DNA of 52,890 nt from Opitutia bacterium. GTDB lineage: Bacteria > Verrucomicrobiota > Verrucomicrobiia > Opitutales > T3Sed10-336. The stretch is from NCBI GenBank assembly GCA_050506795.1, contig JBJHCF010000039.1, positions 1-52,890 on the forward strand, in the 5' to 3' direction. Shown here one piece after another: positions 47,072 through 52,890 of this stretch (its first letter is position 1; every line of letters starts with the position of its first letter). Both the position numbers and the translations under genes were made by a program. Below the pieces are notes generated by a model. The model made no database searches. It was not told the DNA's origin and saw nothing but the letters and a program-made list of their open reading frames with translations.

Positions 47072-48376
47072 ATGAGCGACATTTCTGCCGACGCCGTCGT
47101 CAACCCGACCGGGTTGCGCGGCATTCTGAAATATATTCCGCTTTTCCAGGACCAGGTTTTTGTTATCGCGGTCGACGGGCGGATTGTAGCCGACGACAAT
47201 TTCGGCAACCTGCTGCTCGACATCGCCGTGTTGCGGAGTCTGTCCATCAAGGTGGTTCTGGTGCACGGAATTGGATATCAGTTGTCGGAACTCTCGATCG
47301 AGCGTGGGGTTCCTATCAGTGATCGTCACGGTCTTGGCACCACCAATGAGGCGACCCTGAATCTGTCGGTGGAGGCTTCAAACCGGACGGCCCACGACAT
47401 CATGGGCAACCTGGCCCGGCTCAATCTCAAAGCTTCCATGGTGAACGCGGTGCGCGCCACTCCGGTCGGAATCGTCAAGGGACAGGACCACCTGTTCAGC
47501 GGTAAAGTCGAACGAATCGATTCCAGCCTGATCCATCACCTGATCGCGGGCAAAGTGATCCCGCTGGTTTCTCCCATCGGGTTTGACCGCGACGGTCACT
47601 CGCACCGTCTCAACTCCGATCACCTGGCCACCGAATTGGCGATCACGCTAAAGGCGGCCAAGCTCATCTTCCTCTCTCCCCTACCCGGTCTTTCCATCGA
47701 GGAGACCCTGCACCGGCAGATCGCAATGGAGGACCTCAGGGAAATCGTGGAACACGGTCCGGAGAGAATCGAGGAGAACACCCGGAGCAAAGCCATCCAC
47801 GCAATCAAGGCGATCGAATCGGGCACCCCGCGGGTACACATCCTTAACGGCCAGTTGCCGGAGGGCCTCTTGCAGGAGATCTTCTCAAACGAGGGAGTGG
47901 GAACCTTGATTTACGGCAACGACTACCAGCAGGTGCGACGGGCGACCAGTCTGGATGTACGCGCCATTCACAACCTCACCCGCAACGCGGTCAAAAGGGA
48001 GGAACTTGTGCACCGCAGCCTGCAGAGTATCGAAGCCAACATTGATGATTTTTTCGTTTTCGAAGTCGACGAAAACCCGGTCGCCTGTGCCGCCCTGACG
48101 GAACATCCGGAAGAAGGCTGGGCCGAGCTGGCCTCGCTCTACGTAATGCCTTTCTACCAACACACCGGCATCGGAAAACGGATGGTGGAGTTTGCCTGTC
48201 GGGAAGCCAAACGAAAAGGCATCCCCCGCATTATCGCGCTTTCCACCCAGAGCTACCGGTTTTTCACCTCCGTCTGCGGCTTCCGCGAAGGAGATCGCGA
48301 AACATTGCACCCGTCGCGTCGCGAAAGCTACGACACCGCCAAACGCAACTCCAAGGTCCTCTACCGGGATCTTTAG
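47072..48376 (+). CDS. argA: Amino-acid N-acetyltransferase (N-acetylglutamate synthase)
   Basis: Amino-acid-kinase-like domain (VVLVHG, EIFSNEGVGT) fused to a GNAT domain (ELASLYV..GIG, RNSKV). Confidence 0.92.
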   Translation: MSDISADAVVNPTGLRGILKYIPLFQDQVFVIAVDGRIVADDNFGNLLLDIAVLRSLSIKVVLVHGIGYQLSELSIERGVPISDRHGLGTTNEATLNLSVEASNRTAHDIMGNLARLNLKASMVNAVRATPVGIVKGQDHLFSGKVERIDSSLIHHLIAGKVIPLVSPIGFDRDGHSHRLNSDHLATELAITLKAAKLIFLSPLPGLSIEETLHRQIAMEDLREIVEHGPERIEENTRSKAIHAIKAIESGTPRVHILNGQLPEGLLQEIFSNEGVGTLIYGNDYQQVRRATSLDVRAIHNLTRNAVKREELVHRSLQSIEANIDDFFVFEVDENPVACAALTEHPEEGWAELASLYVMPFYQHTGIGKRMVEFACREAKRKGIPRIIALSTQSYRFFTSVCGFREGDRETLHPSRRESYDTAKRNSKVLYRDL

Positions 48377-49054
48377 TCAATCCCCTCGGGGCGGGACAAG
48401 GTCGATGGCGCCCTTCCAGTCACCACAGGCGTGACGCTCCTCCAGGCGTTCCAGCGCCGCCTGCAATGCCGCGCGCAGGGTACTGTTGTCCGACGCCGTC
48501 GAGCCGGGCAGTATGGGTCCCACCTCCAAAAAGGCTTCCGGCCGGGGAAAACGACCCTGTACGATCCGGATTCCCACCGGTACCGCCCCGCCCCCGCCCG
48601 CCAGCCTGGCCAACGCCGAAACTCCGTCCCTGAACTCGGGAAACGGCTCGTAAGGCGAACACAGTCGGCCTTGCGGAAAAAGGATCAGCGTCCGTCGCGT
48701 AACCGGCTCCCGCAAAAGACGCGCCGCATGCAACAACGAGGCCGACCGCCCCGCACCCGAATCCAGGTCGACCCCGAATACTCCCGCCTTGCGGAAAAAC
48801 CAGTAACGCCGGAGATTCTTTTCCTCCATCATCAAGCGGTAGTTCTGCCGAAATTTCAGCGTCAGGGGCAGCAATAAAAAGCCGTCCCACCAGGACTCGT
48901 GGTTCGCGTAAAGGATCAGCGGATACGTTTCCTCCCGGTCCAACACCTCCGTTTCGCCGCACAACCGCACCGATTGAAACCGTCGACGCAACAGTCCCGT
49001 CACGTACCGGTTGAAGACCCGCTGCAGAATCGGAGAACGCTCGGCCTTGAGCAT
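48377..49054 (-). CDS. Lysophospholipid/glycerol acyltransferase family protein
   Basis: NHESWWD (HxxxxD) and FPQG. Confidence 0.85.
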   Translation of the reverse strand: MLKAERSPILQRVFNRYVTGLLRRRFQSVRLCGETEVLDREETYPLILYANHESWWDGFLLLPLTLKFRQNYRLMMEEKNLRRYWFFRKAGVFGVDLDSGAGRSASLLHAARLLREPVTRRTLILFPQGRLCSPYEPFPEFRDGVSALARLAGGGGAVPVGIRIVQGRFPRPEAFLEVGPILPGSTASDNSTLRAALQAALERLEERHACGDWKGAIDLVPPRGD

Positions 49055-49240
49055 GTCTCCATTATTTCCCGCATGCTTGTGGACGGCAATCCGTATTTAC
49101 CGCGAATATCTTCGTGACGATTGCCGCAAAACCGATTCCAGCCAAATCGATATCGTGATTGTTCCATTCCGACGTTTCCGCGGCGGGAAATAACGCATAA
49201 ATTGGCTTGAGCCGGAAATGACAGGGTAGGAAAACAGGTT

Positions 49241-49738
49241 ATGGCCGAAAACAATCGAAACCCGCTGGTCGGGATCGTCATGGGCAGCCAGTCGGACTGG
49301 TCCACCCTGGAGCATGCCGCCGGGACCCTGGAATCACTGGGAATTCCCCACGAGTGTCGGATCGTCAGCGCCCACCGCACCCCGCAGCGCATGTTCGACT
49401 ATGCGCGGGAAGCGAAGGGGCGCGGTTTGAGGGCCATCATCGCGGGCGCGGGCGGCGCCGCGCATCTCCCGGGAATGCTGGCGGCCCTCACCGAACTTCC
49501 GGTCCTGGGAGTGCCGGTGCAGTCGAAAAGCCTGCAAGGACTCGACTCCCTACTCTCCATTGTGCAGATGCCGGCCGGCGTCCCCGTCGCCACCTTCGCC
49601 ATCGGCAAGGCCGGCGCGATCAACGCCGCACTCTTCGCCGCCGCTCAGATCGCGACCACCGACCCGGCAACCGCGGAACGCCTGGAGCGATTCCGTAAGG
49701 AACAGACCACGAACGTGGCCGAAACCCCGCAATCATGA
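49241..49738 (+). CDS. purE: N5-CAIR mutase
   Basis: [24 protein letters not shown]. Confidence 0.97.
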   Translation: MAENNRNPLVGIVMGSQSDWSTLEHAAGTLESLGIPHECRIVSAHRTPQRMFDYAREAKGRGLRAIIAGAGGAAHLPGMLAALTELPVLGVPVQSKSLQGLDSLLSIVQMPAGVPVATFAIGKAGAINAALFAAAQIATTDPATAERLERFRKEQTTNVAETPQS

Positions 49739-50868
49739 TCCCGCCCGGAAGCAATATCGGCGTCATGGGCGGCGGTCAACTGGGACGCATGTTCGCCCTG
49801 GCCGCCCGTCGAATGGGCTACCGACCGCATGTCTTCGATCCCTCTCCCGGCGGGCCGGCGGGACAGGTGGCGGAATCCGAGATCAACGCCGCGTTCACCG
49901 ACGAAGCCGCCCTGGAGCGATTCGCCCGGGGAGTGGAAGCGGTGACCTTCGAATTCGAAAATATCCCCGCGCCCTCCCTGGAAGCCCTGGCCCGGGTGCG
50001 GCCGGTCCATCCATCGCCGGAAGTGCTGCTGATTTGTCAAAACCGGGAAAGGGAAAAAAACTTCCTCTCCCGCAAGGGGTATCCCCTGGCTCCGTTCGCT
50101 GTGGTCGATTCCGCCGAAAGCCTGCGCGCCGGCCTCGCCGAAACCGGTGTCCCCGCGGTGCTCAAAACCGCCTCCTTCGGCTACGACGGCAAGGGACAGC
50201 TCAAGATTGGGGACGCCTCCCCTTCCCCCGAGGATCTCTGGAAATCTTTCGACGCCCCGCGCGCGGTCCTGGAAAAATGGATACCTCACGAATGCGAATT
50301 GTCCGTCATCTGCGGCGGAGCTCCGGAAACCGGGTACGCCTGTTTCCCGGCGGCGGAAAACGTGCATACCCGTCACATCCTGGATTATTCCATCGTCCCG
50401 GCCCGGATCGATCCGAAGATCCTAAACGAAGCGGAATCCATCGCGCTGGCACTGGCCGCCGATTTCAAGCTTCGCGGCCTGTTGGCGGTCGAGTTCTTCC
50501 TGCCCCCGGACGGCAGGCTGCTGGTCAACGAGCTGGCGCCCCGTCCTCACAACTCGGGGCACTACACCTTTGACGCCTGCGTCACCAACCAGTTCGAGCA
50601 ACAGGTTCGAGCGCTTTGCGGACTGCCCCTGGGATCTCCCCGGCTCCTGACGCCGGTGGTGATGGTCAACCTGCTCGGCGATCTTTGGAACGACTTCGCT
50701 CCGGACTGGAGCCCGATTCTGAACGAGCCCGGCGCCAAACTCCACCTCTACGGAAAAGCCGAAGCCCGTCCCGGCCGCAAAATGGGCCACTTCTGCGTCC
50801 TCGACCCCTCCCCCGAAGAAGCCCTGCAGAAAGCCCTCGCGATTCGAGAAAAACTCGGGATCGGTTAG
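49735..50868 (+). CDS. purK: N5-CAIR synthase
   Basis: [32 protein letters not shown]. Confidence 0.97.
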   Translation: MIPPGSNIGVMGGGQLGRMFALAARRMGYRPHVFDPSPGGPAGQVAESEINAAFTDEAALERFARGVEAVTFEFENIPAPSLEALARVRPVHPSPEVLLICQNREREKNFLSRKGYPLAPFAVVDSAESLRAGLAETGVPAVLKTASFGYDGKGQLKIGDASPSPEDLWKSFDAPRAVLEKWIPHECELSVICGGAPETGYACFPAAENVHTRHILDYSIVPARIDPKILNEAESIALALAADFKLRGLLAVEFFLPPDGRLLVNELAPRPHNSGHYTFDACVTNQFEQQVRALCGLPLGSPRLLTPVVMVNLLGDLWNDFAPDWSPILNEPGAKLHLYGKAEARPGRKMGHFCVLDPSPEEALQKALAIREKLGIG

Positions 50869-50932
50869 CTGATCATCTCCACTCTGGCAGGTTTAGCTGA
50901 TACCGCGCCCGGTTTTAGACCATTGCTGAAAT

Positions 50933-51955
50933 CTAAAACGCGTAATCGCCGATGTTGTCTCGAGTAAAGATCAGCGGAGGCCCGGCGATGGTGGTGGCGT
51001 TGCCCCGGAGTTCGAACTCCCCGAATTCCTCGGTGAAAAAGACCGCGCCTTCAGAAGCCTCCAGCTCACCCAGGGCCATGGCCACGGCCTTGTAACCAGA
51101 AACATAACCCACCCGGTACGGGCTCCAGAGCGCGAACGCCTCCACGGTGCCGTTTTGAACATAACGGCGCATCTGACTCGGCAATCCGAGGCCCGTAACC
51201 TGTACCTGCGGCGCACGACCGGCGTTTTCCACCGCGCGGGCCGCGGCATCTAGGCCGACGGTGGTGGGGGCGATAATCCCGCGGAGGTCGGGAAAGCGCG
51301 TCAACAGACCTTCCGCCTCGCGCAAACTTTTTTCCGGCTCGTCGTCACCATATACGATCGTCACCAACTCCATGTCGGCGTACTTCGGATCCTCCAGCGC
51401 CCGGCGCATCCCCTGGATCCAGTAGTTCTGATCCGGCGCGTCGGTGGTAGCACTGAGAATGGCGAAGCGGCCCTCATAGTCGATGAGTGACCCCAAAAGT
51501 TCAATCTGACTTTCCCCGGTAAGATCAAAATCCATCGGCAACACGGCGCCGTCACGATAGGCTTCGCTGCCAGTGATGTCGGAGTTCACCGAAAGCACCA
51601 ACGCTCCCCGGTCCCGCGCCTGCTGAAACTGGCGATTGAGGGCATCGGTACTGTTCGGGGTGATGGTGATCACATGAACGCCGCGCTGCAGTTGTTCCCG
51701 GATGTAGGGAATCTGCGACGTCGCATCGGGAGTGGCCGGAGCCGTGGTGGTGAATTCGAAACCCAACTCCCGGGCCGACTGTTCGAAGCCGGCATGAATG
51801 GCTTCAAAGTAGGGATTACCGACATTTTTGGCGATGTAGACGATACGCACGTCCTCGGCCGACTCCGGCCGCTCGATCTGTCCCATCTCGCCGCAACCGG
51901 CGAAAAAGAAAACCGCTCCCGCGGCAAGAAATGCAAAGAGGTTTTGTTTCATCAT
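50933..51955 (-). CDS. Sugar ABC substrate-binding lipoprotein, RhaS/LsrB-like
   Basis: Lipobox FAGC; KNVGNPYF, AILSATTDAPDQNYW, IIAPTTVG, VTGLGLP. Confidence 0.85.
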   Translation of the reverse strand: MMKQNLFAFLAAGAVFFFAGCGEMGQIERPESAEDVRIVYIAKNVGNPYFEAIHAGFEQSARELGFEFTTTAPATPDATSQIPYIREQLQRGVHVITITPNSTDALNRQFQQARDRGALVLSVNSDITGSEAYRDGAVLPMDFDLTGESQIELLGSLIDYEGRFAILSATTDAPDQNYWIQGMRRALEDPKYADMELVTIVYGDDEPEKSLREAEGLLTRFPDLRGIIAPTTVGLDAAARAVENAGRAPQVQVTGLGLPSQMRRYVQNGTVEAFALWSPYRVGYVSGYKAVAMALGELEASEGAVFFTEEFGEFELRGNATTIAGPPLIFTRDNIGDYAF

Positions 51956-52071
51956 TGGTTGTTGAGTCTGGCGCTATCCCCGATTCGACACGGTATTCAT
52001 CGTTACCGGCACCCTAAAATCCACCCCCGCGACCTGGCAACAAAAAGAACCGAGACCCCTCCGATATTCAC

Positions 52072-52101
52072 TTGCCCCAGACCCCCAAACCACCCTACTG
52101 T
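52072..52101 (+). promoter_or_regulatory. Probable sigma70 promoter for tRNA-Ser
   Basis: TTGCCC-N18-TACTGT about 30 bp upstream of the tRNA; same geometry as the tRNA-Lys promoter. Confidence 0.45.
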
Positions 52102-52130
52102 TTATCCTTTCGGAATTACAAAATTTCCAC

Positions 52131-52215
52131 GGAGAGGTGGCAGAGTGGCCGATCGCGGCGGTCTTGAAAACCGCTGACCCGCAAGGGTCCGGGGGTTCGA
52201 ATCCCTCCCTCTCCG
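52131..52215 (+). tRNA. tRNA-Ser (UGA)
   Basis: Acceptor GGAGAGG/CCTCTCC, GCGGT-CTTGAAA-ACCGC anticodon arm, long variable arm GACCC-GCAA-GGGTC, G discriminator; CCA not encoded. Confidence 0.96.
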
Positions 52216-52335
52216 CCTCCATTCTAAGCCGTTTCCCGCTCAACCATGCGGGGTTCCGGTCGGCAAGCGGTCCCTGGAATGAAAATGCGAATATGTCGCG
52301 TTATGCCACGAAATGCCCCGAATAGGCTTCAAAAA

Positions 52336-52373
52336 GTGTTCCGAAAGTGTTCCAGCGTGTTCCAGGGTGTTCC
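52336..52373. repeat. Four direct repeats of GTGTTCC with 10-11 bp period
   Basis: Copies start at 52336, 52347, 52357 and 52367. Confidence 0.9.
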
Positions 52374-52586
52374 GGGGTTCGGTGAATTCCGGTCGCGATC
52401 GGCCGGCGGTTTCTCGAACCATCGCCGGGAATCCGTCACGAACCGTCACGGCCTCGCCAGCGTTCGCAGGATTGCCCCAGGATTGGCGATTCCCCCCGGG
52501 TGCGATACCCAACACCCCCTTGCCCCGGAAACCGCATTTTCCGCTTGCGCCGCATCCGGCCCCGGGGTCAACCTCCATCGGTTACC

Positions 52587-52808
52587 TCAAAGGGTGGGTC
52601 GTTTAGGGGTAGGCGGCCCGCCCATCCTTTTTACCGGGTATCCGGCCCGCTTCACCGTCTCCCGAGAAACCCCGTGCTTTTCGGCCAGGGTGTCGGCGGT
52701 CCTCAAGTTGGGCTCATTTTGAGCCCCACTTCGCGGCTTGCCTTTTCCTCCGTCGTGTTCCCCCTTCTTCGCCCTATTGTAAATCCGGCCAAGGATAAGG
52801 CGGAAGTT
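52587..52808 (-). pseudogene. Start-less fragment resembling the HTH region of phage ParB-like proteins
   Basis: Manual translation: *NFRLILGRIYNRAKK..SGAQNEPNLRTADTLAEKHGVSRETVKRAG..*; bounded by an in-frame TGA upstream. Confidence 0.55.
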
Positions 52809-52890
52809 TCACCCCGTGCGCGCGTGCGAGTTGCTACTACTCCGGCAACGCGACGTCACCACGGCAGAAGCATTCCCACAGCTCCAGGGT

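Noticed and set aside
52131..52215. Selenocysteine or suppressor tRNA
   Set aside because: The anticodon is UGA (reads UCA, Ser), not UCA, and the acceptor stem is a normal 7 bp.
52240..52722. ORFs of 97-158 aa after tRNA-Ser
   Set aside because: They cross the repeat tract and have low-complexity Pro/Gly/Arg composition with no family motifs.

Overview
GC-rich bacterial chromosomal segment. Gene content and protein styles suggest Verrucomicrobiota/Opitutales (inference only). It is mostly core and metabolic genes, with mobile-element relics at both ends. Left to right: the 3' end of a probable HUH/Y1 (RAYT-like) transposase with a 45-bp tandem duplication; an M29 aminopeptidase; an orphan ParA; a three-gene minor (pseudo)pilin module; an exported protein plus a MacAB-type ABC system plus an exported protein/ECF sigma/zinc anti-sigma operon, both units preceded by the same ECF-type promoter (CTGTAACCC-N15-CGAATA-N-CCGTT); typA; a cyclophilin lipoprotein; a 1218-aa PVC-type dehydrogenase-like lipoprotein that ends in a blue-copper domain and lacks a heme motif; a beta-oxidation operon led by a PaaK-like CoA ligase, with a divergent patatin; a biotin operon (bioA-B-D-F-esterase-bioC) with a BirA-type operator; a second ECF/anti-sigma pair; dapA-dapB-ruvA; pilT/U-lepA-lepB; malQ; oleA-oleB without oleC/oleD; tRNA-Lys; argA; purE-purK; an orphan rhamnose-type binding protein; and tRNA-Ser followed by helically phased repeats and a phage-like gene relic (probable edge of an integrated element). 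No CRISPR array or rRNA was seen. All family calls come from motif recognition, not database searches.
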